NCBI GenBank assembly: GCA_035939715.1
Contig: DASZFN010000971.1
Coordinates: 1-10,724 of the forward strand
From: Gemmataceae bacterium
GTDB taxonomy: Bacteria > Planctomycetota > Planctomycetia > Gemmatales > Gemmataceae
Length of the DNA stretch: 10,724 bases
Reading direction: 5' to 3'
The notes beneath the pieces were generated by a model that ran no database searches, was not told the origin of the DNA, and saw only the letters and a list, made by a program, of their open reading frames with translations. This document shows, in pieces, positions 1 to 7,327 of the stretch. Made by a program: the position numbers and the translations under genes. The stretch's first letter is position 1. Every line of letters starts with the position of its first letter.

Positions 1-58
1 GCAGTGACGCTCGGATTTTTGTCGTGTCCGGAGCCTCGGTGCGGTACACTCCCTGGTT

Positions 59-601
59 ATGCAAAGCAAAGCGACGACCGTGGAACAGTATCTTTCCGAA
101 TTGCCGGCGGAGCGGCGGGCGGCGCTGGAAGCCGTGCGCAGCGTTGTTCTGGCCAACCTCGACAAGGATTACGAGGAGGGGATGCAGTACGGCATGATCG
201 GCTATTACGTGCCGCACCGCGTCTTTCCCGCCGGCTATCACTGCGATCCGAAGCAGCCCTTGATGTTTGCCGGGCTGGCGTCGCAGAAGAACCACATGGC
301 GCTCTATCTCATGTGCGTCTATGGTCAGGGGCCGTTGGCCGAGTGGTTCCGCGAGGCCTGGGCGAAGACCGGCAAGAAACTCGACATGGGCAAGGCCTGC
401 ATTCGCTTCAAAAAAGTCGAGGATCTGGCGCTCGACGTGATCGGCGCGGCGGTTCAGCGCGTGCCGGTCAAGAAGTATGTCGACAGCTACGTGGAGCTCA
501 GGCGCATGATGGATGCGCGCACGACGAAAGGTCCGCCTGGAAAGAAGACGCGCGGAAAAGCGGGCAAGCAAGCAGCGAAGCCGGTGCGGAAGAAAGCATA
601 A
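59..601 (+). CDS. DUF1801 (YdhG-like) domain protein with Lys/Arg-rich C-terminal tail
   Basis: 180-aa ORF. The N-terminus TTVEQYLSELPAERRAALEAVRSVVLANL...GMQYGMIGYYVP matches the pattern I recall for the DUF1801/YdhG family. The C-terminus is a basic tail (GKKTRGKAGKQAAKPVRKKA). Ends in TAA at 599-601. No clear Shine-Dalgarno (SD) upstream. Confidence 0.8.
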   Translation: MQSKATTVEQYLSELPAERRAALEAVRSVVLANLDKDYEEGMQYGMIGYYVPHRVFPAGYHCDPKQPLMFAGLASQKNHMALYLMCVYGQGPLAEWFREAWAKTGKKLDMGKACIRFKKVEDLALDVIGAAVQRVPVKKYVDSYVELRRMMDARTTKGPPGKKTRGKAGKQAAKPVRKKA

Positions 602-602
602 C

Positions 603-827
603 TCAGCTTGTGGCCAAGCTCTGTTCAGCGAACTCCAACACAGTTACGACTTGCTCGCGGCCGACGCCTGAAAACCAATCGAGGAAGTCATCGACCGTAG
701 CGCCGTCCTCAAGGTTTTCAAAGAGCGACTTCACGGGCACACGAGTCCCGCGGAATACCCACGCGCCACTCATCTTGTCGGCGGAGCGTTCGACCGCTGC
801 ACAATGACGCCAATCAAGCATCGGCAT
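603..827 (-). CDS. DUF433 domain protein (small HTH-like, antitoxin-type fold)
   Basis: The ORF track gives 603..929. I trimmed it to the internal Met (MPMLDWRHC...) because a GAGGTG SD (complement of 832-837) lies 4 nt upstream of the ATG at 825-827. The sequence GAWVFRGTRVPVKSLFENLEDGATVDDFLDWF carries the DUF433-type GTR(I/V)PV core. Stop is TGA at 603-605. Confidence 0.7.
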   Translation of the reverse strand: MPMLDWRHCAAVERSADKMSGAWVFRGTRVPVKSLFENLEDGATVDDFLDWFSGVGREQVVTVLEFAEQSLATS

Positions 828-962
828 GGAACACCTCAGGTTCATTCGGCAGCCACAAAATGACATTATTACAAGCCGACGACTTGCATGCGAGGGAATC
901 CAGCGGCAGGCCAATCTGATGCTCGTCATCGATTCTGCTACGGCAGCAATGGGAATCAGGCA

Positions 963-2639
963 CTAGGCCGGCAATCGTCCCTTCGCTGACAGCGGAGCGG
1001 CTACAGTCTCCGCAGGCGGGACTGCCGGCCCCGGCTTCACGGAAACCACGGTCGCCTCCTTCTGGTCTGCAGCCTTCTCCGGTGTGAGCTTGCCAAAGAA
1101 ATCGGGCAGCTCCACGCCGCCGATGTCTTTCATGACCTGCATGATGGGCGGCATGGTGCGGGCCAGGCCTTGCAGGAAATGCGACGTGGCATTGGCGCCG
1201 TTGCCGTTCGTGCCGTTTTCCCAGACGACCACTTTATCAAACTTGATCTGCGAAATGGCCTGGGCCGATGCCTGGGTGAGGGCGTCGAGATGCTCGAGCA
1301 AGAGCATTTGGAAAGCCGCCTGGGCGCCGCCGCAGGCCTCGATGATCGAGCGCAGACCCTCGCCTTTCTTGGCCAGGATTTCATATTGACCGCGCGCCTC
1401 GGCTTCCAGCTTGGCGAAGATGGCCTTGGCCTGGCCCTCGGCTTCGATGCGGCGTTTTTCCGCCTCGGCCTCGGCTTCCACGATGACCCTGGCCTTTTCC
1501 GCCTTGGCGGGCGCTTCCACGGAGGCACGGCGCTCGGCCTCGACGCGCTCGGCCTGGGCCAGAGCAGCCTTGGCCATGGCGCGGTTCTGCGCCTCCTGCA
1601 CGGCGGCCTCGGCTTCACGCTTGCGCGTTTCGCCGAGCTTGTAGGACTCGGCTTGCTTGACCTGCAAGGCCGCCTGGGCCGCCGCGACCTGCGCCTGGGC
1701 CTCGTTCTCGCCGACAATGGCTTTGGCATTGGCATCGGCCGTGGCGATGCGCATGGCGCGCTCGGCATCCTTGACCTGGGCATCGCGTTCGTAGCAAGCG
1801 GTTTGCTCGCCGACTTTCTGTTCCTTCTCCAGCTGGGCCACGCGCACCGCTTGCTCGCGCTGCGCCTCGCGCATGCCGATCTCGCGCAGCTTGTGGGCGT
1901 TGGCGACCTGGATGGTCTTCTCGCGGTCGGCCTCGGCAACGCCGATCGAGCCCATTTTTTCCTGCTGGGAGACGTCGATGGCGGCCTGCTGGATAGCCTG
2001 CGAAGCCGCTTTCTTGCCGATCGCGGCAATGTAGCCCGACTCGTCGGTGATGTCGGTGATATTCACATTGATGAGCACCAGGCCGATCTTACGCAGCTCG
2101 GGCTCCAGGGAAGTCAGGATCTTATGCAGGAATTGCTCGCGGTGCCGATTGATGTCCTCGATGCACATGGAGGCAATGACCTGGCGGAGCTGGCCGAAGA
2201 TGATGTGCTCGGCCTGGGTCTTGATGTCCTCGGCGCTCAGCCCGAGGAGGCGGATGGCGGCATTATTCATGACCTCGGTCTCGGTGCCGATGGCCACGGT
2301 AAAAATGCTCGGCACATTGACGCGGATGTTTTCGATGGACAGAGCGCCCTTGAGCGGGATCTCGATCTGGATCGGCTCCAGGTTGAGAAAGGCGTGGTCC
2401 TGAACGAGCGGCCAGACAAACGCCGCGCCGCCGCTGACGCATTTGGCGGCGTCGCCGCGACGCACCTTGCCGAATATGACCAGGACGCGGTTAGGCGGAC
2501 AGCGGCGAAAGCGCTTGGCGACGAACGTCAAGATGCTGAACGCGAACAGCGCCAGCGCCACGACGGCGATGACCAGATAGTGCTCGGCGACAAAGCCGCC
2601 CACAGTGGGAACCCTGGCAAGGAGCGCGGTGTACGACAT
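963..2639 (-). CDS. Flotillin / SPFH (band-7) family membrane-microdomain protein, YqiK/FloT-like
   Basis: 558 aa from the Met at 2637-2639 (MSYTALLARV...), with GGAGG (complement of 2648-2652) 8 nt upstream. It has an N-terminal TM helix (HYLVIAVVALALFAFSILTFV), an SPFH core (VLVIFGKV...LNLEPIQIEIPL...) and a long Ala/Glu/Gln/Arg-rich coiled-coil flotillin region. The length is similar to E. coli YqiK (recalled as about 550 aa). Confidence 0.9.
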   Translation of the reverse strand: MSYTALLARVPTVGGFVAEHYLVIAVVALALFAFSILTFVAKRFRRCPPNRVLVIFGKVRRGDAAKCVSGGAAFVWPLVQDHAFLNLEPIQIEIPLKGALSIENIRVNVPSIFTVAIGTETEVMNNAAIRLLGLSAEDIKTQAEHIIFGQLRQVIASMCIEDINRHREQFLHKILTSLEPELRKIGLVLINVNITDITDESGYIAAIGKKAASQAIQQAAIDVSQQEKMGSIGVAEADREKTIQVANAHKLREIGMREAQREQAVRVAQLEKEQKVGEQTACYERDAQVKDAERAMRIATADANAKAIVGENEAQAQVAAAQAALQVKQAESYKLGETRKREAEAAVQEAQNRAMAKAALAQAERVEAERRASVEAPAKAEKARVIVEAEAEAEKRRIEAEGQAKAIFAKLEAEARGQYEILAKKGEGLRSIIEACGGAQAAFQMLLLEHLDALTQASAQAISQIKFDKVVVWENGTNGNGANATSHFLQGLARTMPPIMQVMKDIGGVELPDFFGKLTPEKAADQKEATVVSVKPGPAVPPAETVAAPLSAKGRLPA

Positions 2640-2690
2640 AGGTGATACCTCCCCGGAAGTAGGACGGATTGGCAATCCGTCCCACAGAAT

Positions 2691-3284
2691 TTAGGCTTCG
2701 GCGACCTCAACGGTTCCGGGGCTGACCACCCCGAGCACAACGACGTCGGCGCCGGTGGGCAGCTCCCGTTGCGCAGTCACCGCTTGATATTCCATGAGCC
2801 GATTTTGCACCTTGACGTGCACCTTGCCCGCGCCGCCTCTTTGGCCGGGGATGGTCAGGTACACCTTGGCCGGGGCGCCGACCGCCCGTTCGATACGGAC
2901 GGAGCCGTCACTTTGCAGCTTGGCCAGGGTTTGCATGACCCAGGCGACCGTCACCATGGCTGCGCCGCCCGCGGCGACGGCGATCGCCAGGGGCAGCAAG
3001 GGTCCCTGCGTGACGCGCGCCGAAGCGGCCACACCGGCCAGGCCGAAGAACAAGAGCGCGGCGACAATGGTGCGAAAGGTCAGCAGCTTGAAAAACCACG
3101 AGCCTTCTTCGTGATGCCCAGGTTGGTGATGAAAGTGGCCGGTCTCGTGCTGCGTGTCGCCGGCGTCATCGGCGTGATCGCCGCCGAGATCGTGATGCCC
3201 GCCCAGGCCGATGAGTGCCAATACGAACTGGCAAAGCATCAAGGTTCCGCCCAGGATCGCACAGATCAGGTAGACGGTTTCCAT
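2691..3284 (-). CDS. NfeD-like / YqiJ-type membrane protein (flotillin partner) with His-rich loop and C-terminal OB-like beta domain
   Basis: 197 aa. It has an N-terminal TM helix, a His/Asp-rich loop, two further hydrophobic helices, and a C-terminal soluble segment (GAPAKVYLTIPGQRGGAGKVHVKVQNRLMEYQAVT...) typical of the NfeD C-terminal OB-fold. It sits 51 nt upstream of the flotillin gene on the same strand, the canonical nfeD-flotillin arrangement. A purine-rich AAGGGG lies 7 nt upstream of the ATG. Confidence 0.75.
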   Translation of the reverse strand: METVYLICAILGGTLMLCQFVLALIGLGGHHDLGGDHADDAGDTQHETGHFHHQPGHHEEGSWFFKLLTFRTIVAALLFFGLAGVAASARVTQGPLLPLAIAVAAGGAAMVTVAWVMQTLAKLQSDGSVRIERAVGAPAKVYLTIPGQRGGAGKVHVKVQNRLMEYQAVTAQRELPTGADVVVLGVVSPGTVEVAEA

Positions 3285-3693
3285 GACTGCACCCCTTGCA
3301 TTGTCTGGCAGGCTGCATGATGGACCGCCGCCAGAGCGCTGTCAACTAGTTTGACGCATGTTTTTCGCCCGGAAATACGCCATTCCAGCGACCGGCATAC
3401 CGTGCGTGCCACCTGTGTCGGTTAATCGGCATCGAGTTGTTCGGACGGCTCGCAGGTTGCAGCCGTATCGTTTCCTTGTTATTCGCTCGGCTAAGTGCCT
3501 GATTTGAGATCCACTCGCATCCGCTTTCATTGCTTTCCTCCAAGCGTCTTATCGCTTCATTCTAGCCGCGATTAGGAACCGGCGAACCCAAGATTCACTC
3601 CCGTCGCGATCGTTCAAACTGTTTCCGCTCTTCCCCGTCTAACTACTGGACGCAATAATCCATGCGCTGAAGTTGCGCGACGCCTGTACATAC

Positions 3694-3698
3694 GGAGG
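3694..3698 (+). promoter_or_regulatory. Shine-Dalgarno (GGAGG) for the alpha-2-macroglobulin gene
   Basis: GGAGG at 3694-3698, 5 nt upstream of the ATG at 3704. Confidence 0.6.
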
Positions 3699-3703
3699 TT
3701 CCC

Positions 3704-6700
3704 ATGCTACAAGGTCGTTTCTCACCCGTGACTCGCGGCAGCCTGGCGATGACCATGCTGGCTGTTGCGGCCGTGGTTTCTCTGAGCCGGCCGGGTAATC
3801 AAGGCGAAGCAGCTTCCGAGAAGCCGGCAGCGGAGTTTGCTATGAAGGGTCATGAGACCTCTGTGGACGTCGGCCAGGAATTCTTTGCCGGCACCTCCGC
3901 GTCCATTCGTTGCGCCGTCCGCGCCGTCAAATCCATCAGCGAAACCGTGCCGCTGCCCGATTCCGAAGTCAATGTGCAACTGCGTGCGAAGGATGGACAG
4001 GCCTTCCCACTGGCGGCCGGGAAGACCGATGCCGGTGGCAATCTGGACGCAACCTTCCGGGTGCCCGAAGTGCCGGCCGGGCAGTACACCTTGGCGGTCG
4101 CCACCCGCTCAACGCTTGGCCAACAAAAGTTGGAACGCACCGTGCAGGTGAAGACCGGCGCGAAGATTCTGCTGGTCACCGATAAGCCGCTCTACCAACC
4201 GGGGCAGATCATGCACATTCGGGCTCTGTCCCTGCGGCCGTTCGACTTGAAGCCGGTGGCCGGCTCGGAGCTGACCTTTGAAGTCGAGGATTCCAAAGGC
4301 AACAAGGTCTACAAACGGACACAAAAGACGTCCGACTTCGGCGTCACCTCGATCGACTTCCAGCTTGCCGATGAAGTCAACATGGGCGATTACCACATCC
4401 GCGCCCTGGTCGGAGATCATCAGACGGACAAAACCGTCACCGTCAAGAAGTATGTGTTGCCCAAGTTCAAGTCGGAACTGTCCGTGGACAAGCGGTTTTA
4501 CATGCCCAAGGAAATCATTCACGCCGATTTGCAGACGGACTATTTCTTCGGCAAACCGGTGGCCAACGGCAAGATAAAGGTGGTTGCCAGCACTTTCGAT
4601 ATCCAGTTCCGCGAGTTTCAAACCTGGGAGGGCCAGACCGATGCGAACGGGCATACCAAGTTTGAAATCAAACTGCCGGATTATTTCGTCGGCCAACCGC
4701 TGCAGAAGGGGGACGCCCTGGTGCGCCTGGAGGCAAAGGTGACGGACACGGCCGATCACATGGAAACCATCAGCAAATCGTACACGGTCAGCGATCAGCC
4801 GATTCGCGTGAGCCTGATTCCCGAGGGCGGCAGGCTGGTGCCCGGCATGGAGAACCGCATCTATGCGGCGGCAATTTACCCGGACGGCAGTCCGGCCGCC
4901 TGCGAGGTCAATCTCTGGATCGGCAGCCAGGCCAAGGATGAGCCGTTTGCTACCGTCAAGACCAACGAAGCCGGGTTGGCGGAGTTCAAGCTGACGCCCA
5001 AGGCGGAGCAGTTGCGGCAAGGTCCGTGGGAACAGAAACCGCTGGAAATGCTGGGCGGCCAGGCCGCCAACGCCTGGGGGCCCAAAATGCTTTTCGATGT
5101 TTTCGTCCAGGTCCGCGACGGCAAGGGCAGCAGCGCTCGCGCGCACGCCGAGATCAACAGCGATCCTCTGGGCGAGAATATCGTCCTGCGGCTCGACAAG
5201 GCGATCTATCGCGCCGGAGACACGCTTAACATGGAAACGCGTTCCTCCGCGGGCTTGCCGACGGTTTATTACGATGTCGTCAAGAATGGCCAGGTGCTCC
5301 TCACGAAATGGCTGGATTTCAAGGACGGCGCCGGACATTACCAGCTCGACCTGCCGGCGGACCTCTTCGGCACGCTGGAAGTGCACGCTTACCAGATGCT
5401 CAGCACCGGCGAGATCATTCGCGATAGCCGCGTGATCTATGTGCAGCCGCGCGACGATCTCAAGATTGCCATCAAGCCGGACAAGGAAGTCCATGTGCCG
5501 GGCGAGAGCGGGCGGATTCATTTCCAGGTGACCGACGCGGAAGGCAAGCCGGCCGCGGCGGCGCTGGGCGTGCTGATCGTGGACGAGGCAGTCTATGCCT
5601 TGCAGGAGATGCAGCCCGGCCTCGAGAAGGTTTACTTCACGCTGCAAGAGGAATTGCTCAAGCCGAAGACAGAGGTCATCTTCAAGCCGCGCGCTTCGAT
5701 CGACACACTGGTGCGCGAGTCTGAGATTCCCGCGGACAAGCAGCAGATCGCCCAGGTGCTGTTGACCTCGGTCAAGCCGAAGCTGCCGAGCCGCTGGCAG
5801 GTGGCGCCGGAGATCGAACGCCGGCAAAAGGTCGAGGAGCAGGTGCAGCAAATCGGCTTCGCCCTGTATAGCTTTGCCGCCAATCAGAATCAGCCAGTGC
5901 TCCGCTACGATGCAGCCGCCAGGCGCTGGGACTTTGACCCGAAGCTGCTGGGGACGGTCCTGAAAGCCCAATATGTGGATGCGGCCGCTCTCAAGAACCC
6001 GCTCGGCGGCCTGTGGACGTTGCAGGACCTGGCCAAACTCGAAAAGGAATTCACCCCCAATCATTTGGCGCGGGCAGTAACGCAAGCGCGGATGCAGCAA
6101 GTATTCTGGACGTTCATCAACTATACGAACGCCAATAAGGGGAACTACTTTCAGAACGGCGAATGGTCCTTCCCCGAAACGGTGCTGACGGCCGCTGCCC
6201 GGAGCCAGCGCCTCGCCGGCTGGTGGCTGAAGGACGCCTGGGGAAAGACGATCAAGCTGGCCAAGCGTGACAAGAAGTCCGAGCACCAGACGGGCTGCAC
6301 GCAACTTGATTACTACGACTTCGTCTCGGCCGGGCCGGATGGAGAGTTCGGCACTGCCGACGATGTGAAACTGCCACCCATGAATGAGTGGCAAAATGCC
6401 ACCTTTTGGTGGAGCAGCGCGGCGCGGCACGGCCAACAGCAAAATTGGCGTAGGCGAGACCTGGCCGGCCGGTGGGGCGGCGGCCCCCGCTTTCGAGGAG
6501 CGGCCTTAGGAGGCATGGGCGGAGGCATGGGTGGCATGAATGCCCCGGGCGCCGCAGCGCCGATGCCCATGGCCGCCTTGCGCATGGAAGTAATGGACAG
6601 AGTTGCGAAGAACGGCGGCGCGGCGAAGCCTGACACCGCTGGCGGCGCCCCACCAGCGACTCGAATTCGCGAGTTCTTCCCTGAGACCATGCTCTGGCAA

Positions 6701-7327
6701 CCCGCCCTCATTACCGATGATCAAGGCAACGCCGAGCTGCCCGTCAGCTTTGCCGACTCCATCACGACGTGGCGGTTGACCGCTTCCGCCTCTTCGCGAT
6801 CTGGGCTGCTGGGCGGCGTGACTGCTCCCCTGCGAGTCTTCCAGGACTTCTTCGTCGATCTCGATCTACCCGTCACGCTGACGCAGAACGATGAAGTCGC
6901 CTTTCCGGTGGCGGTTTACAACTATCTGAAGACTCCGCAAACCGTGAAGCTGGAACTGCAGCGCGAGTCGTGGTTCGACTTGACCGATTCCGCCGACTAC
7001 ACGCGCTCCCTCGAACTTCAGCTCAATGAAGTGACGGCGGTCAAGTTCCGTATCAAGGCCCGGCGCATCGGCGCCCAGCCGCTCCTCGTGAAAGCCTCCG
7101 GCTCCAAGATGTCCGATGCCATCAAGCGGACCATCGAAGTCGTGCCCGACGGCAGCCGCGTGGAAAAGGTCGTGACCGACCGCCTGACGGGAAAGGTCAT
7201 GCAGGTGATCGAAATTCCGGAAGGCGCCATTGCGGACGCCTCCAAGATTCTCGTGAAGCTCTATCCCGGCGTCTTCAGCCAGGTCATGGAAGGGATGGAA
7301 GGCATGCTGCACATGCCGTTTGGCTGA
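3704..7327 (+). CDS. Alpha-2-macroglobulin family protein, N-terminal segment (signal peptide, MG domains, long bait-position insert, A2M domain), ending at the in-frame TGA on the thioester Cys position
   Basis: 1207-aa ORF. It has an N-terminal hydrophobic signal-like segment (MTMLAVAAVVSLSRPG) and repeated beta-rich MG-type modules (e.g. ILLVTDKPLYQPGQIMHIRAL). LIVDEAVYALQE and FFPETMLWQPALITDDQGNAELPVSFADSITTWR are hallmark A2M/C3 family motifs. It ends ...GMLHMPFG-TGA. Confidence 0.9.
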   Translation: MLQGRFSPVTRGSLAMTMLAVAAVVSLSRPGNQGEAASEKPAAEFAMKGHETSVDVGQEFFAGTSASIRCAVRAVKSISETVPLPDSEVNVQLRAKDGQAFPLAAGKTDAGGNLDATFRVPEVPAGQYTLAVATRSTLGQQKLERTVQVKTGAKILLVTDKPLYQPGQIMHIRALSLRPFDLKPVAGSELTFEVEDSKGNKVYKRTQKTSDFGVTSIDFQLADEVNMGDYHIRALVGDHQTDKTVTVKKYVLPKFKSELSVDKRFYMPKEIIHADLQTDYFFGKPVANGKIKVVASTFDIQFREFQTWEGQTDANGHTKFEIKLPDYFVGQPLQKGDALVRLEAKVTDTADHMETISKSYTVSDQPIRVSLIPEGGRLVPGMENRIYAAAIYPDGSPAACEVNLWIGSQAKDEPFATVKTNEAGLAEFKLTPKAEQLRQGPWEQKPLEMLGGQAANAWGPKMLFDVFVQVRDGKGSSARAHAEINSDPLGENIVLRLDKAIYRAGDTLNMETRSSAGLPTVYYDVVKNGQVLLTKWLDFKDGAGHYQLDLPADLFGTLEVHAYQMLSTGEIIRDSRVIYVQPRDDLKIAIKPDKEVHVPGESGRIHFQVTDAEGKPAAAALGVLIVDEAVYALQEMQPGLEKVYFTLQEELLKPKTEVIFKPRASIDTLVRESEIPADKQQIAQVLLTSVKPKLPSRWQVAPEIERRQKVEEQVQQIGFALYSFAANQNQPVLRYDAAARRWDFDPKLLGTVLKAQYVDAAALKNPLGGLWTLQDLAKLEKEFTPNHLARAVTQARMQQVFWTFINYTNANKGNYFQNGEWSFPETVLTAAARSQRLAGWWLKDAWGKTIKLAKRDKKSEHQTGCTQLDYYDFVSAGPDGEFGTADDVKLPPMNEWQNATFWWSSAARHGQQQNWRRRDLAGRWGGGPRFRGAALGGMGGGMGGMNAPGAAAPMPMAALRMEVMDRVAKNGGAAKPDTAGGAPPATRIREFFPETMLWQPALITDDQGNAELPVSFADSITTWRLTASASSRSGLLGGVTAPLRVFQDFFVDLDLPVTLTQNDEVAFPVAVYNYLKTPQTVKLELQRESWFDLTDSADYTRSLELQLNEVTAVKFRIKARRIGAQPLLVKASGSKMSDAIKRTIEVVPDGSRVEKVVTDRLTGKVMQVIEIPEGAIADASKILVKLYPGVFSQVMEGMEGMLHMPFG

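Noticed and set aside
599-605. Convergent stop codons of DUF1801 and DUF433 separated by a single nucleotide, as a possible shared bidirectional terminator or antisense-regulation site.
   Set aside because: No hairpin can be placed in a 1-nt gap and nothing else distinguishes the site. It is probably just compact gene packing.
4-807. 267-aa + strand ORF spanning the DUF1801 and DUF433 loci.
   Set aside because: It is an off-frame overlap of two better-supported genes, and its Arg/Gly/Ser/Ala-rich composition is typical of GC-rich noise.
1380-1900. Recurrent ggcctcggcttc-like DNA motifs that could be taken for a tandem repeat or repeat array.
   Set aside because: They are the reverse complement of repeated Glu-Ala-Glu-Ala codons in the flotillin coiled coil. 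The spacing is irregular and there is no spacer/repeat organisation, so this is not CRISPR or a satellite.
1130-2645. ORFs 1170..2645 (+, 491 aa), 1130..2029 (-, 299 aa) and smaller ones overlapping the flotillin gene.
   Set aside because: They are shadow frames of the Ala/Glu-rich flotillin coiled-coil region, with extreme Arg/Pro/Ser or Gly/Leu/Asp composition and no SD or motif support.
2640-2675. N-terminal extensions of track ORFs (963..2675, 603..929, 9204..9578).
   Set aside because: Internal Met codons have clear SD motifs at proper spacing (GGAGG, GAGGTG, GGGAGG). The extensions lack SDs, add non-homologous residues, or overlap the upstream gene.
3446-3483. Hairpin plus U-rich tract as an intrinsic terminator or sRNA 3' end.
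   Set aside because: The stem is short with a bulge and a 3-nt loop. The tail (UAUCGUUUCCUUGUUAUU) is not a clean U-run, and no upstream + strand gene needs terminating. I mention it only inside the intergenic finding.
3342-3543. Two overlapping small minus-strand ORFs (62 and 65 aa) in the divergent intergenic region.
   Set aside because: They have no SD and no recognisable motif, they overlap each other in different frames, and the region is more plausibly regulatory.
4109-6442. 777-aa ORF antisense to the A2M gene, plus the other antisense or off-frame ORFs within 3722..8752.
   Set aside because: These are typical high-GC shadow ORFs. They are Arg/Leu/Gly/Ala/Pro-dominated, have no recognisable motifs, and are fully overlapped by a strongly supported A2M reading frame.
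7325-7327. TGA read as Trp or Gly under an alternative genetic code (code 4 or 25).
   Set aside because: The same gene terminates at TGA (8780-8782), and neighbouring genes (603-605, 9204-9206) also end in TGA at sensible lengths. The high GC content is also unlike known TGA-reassigned lineages.
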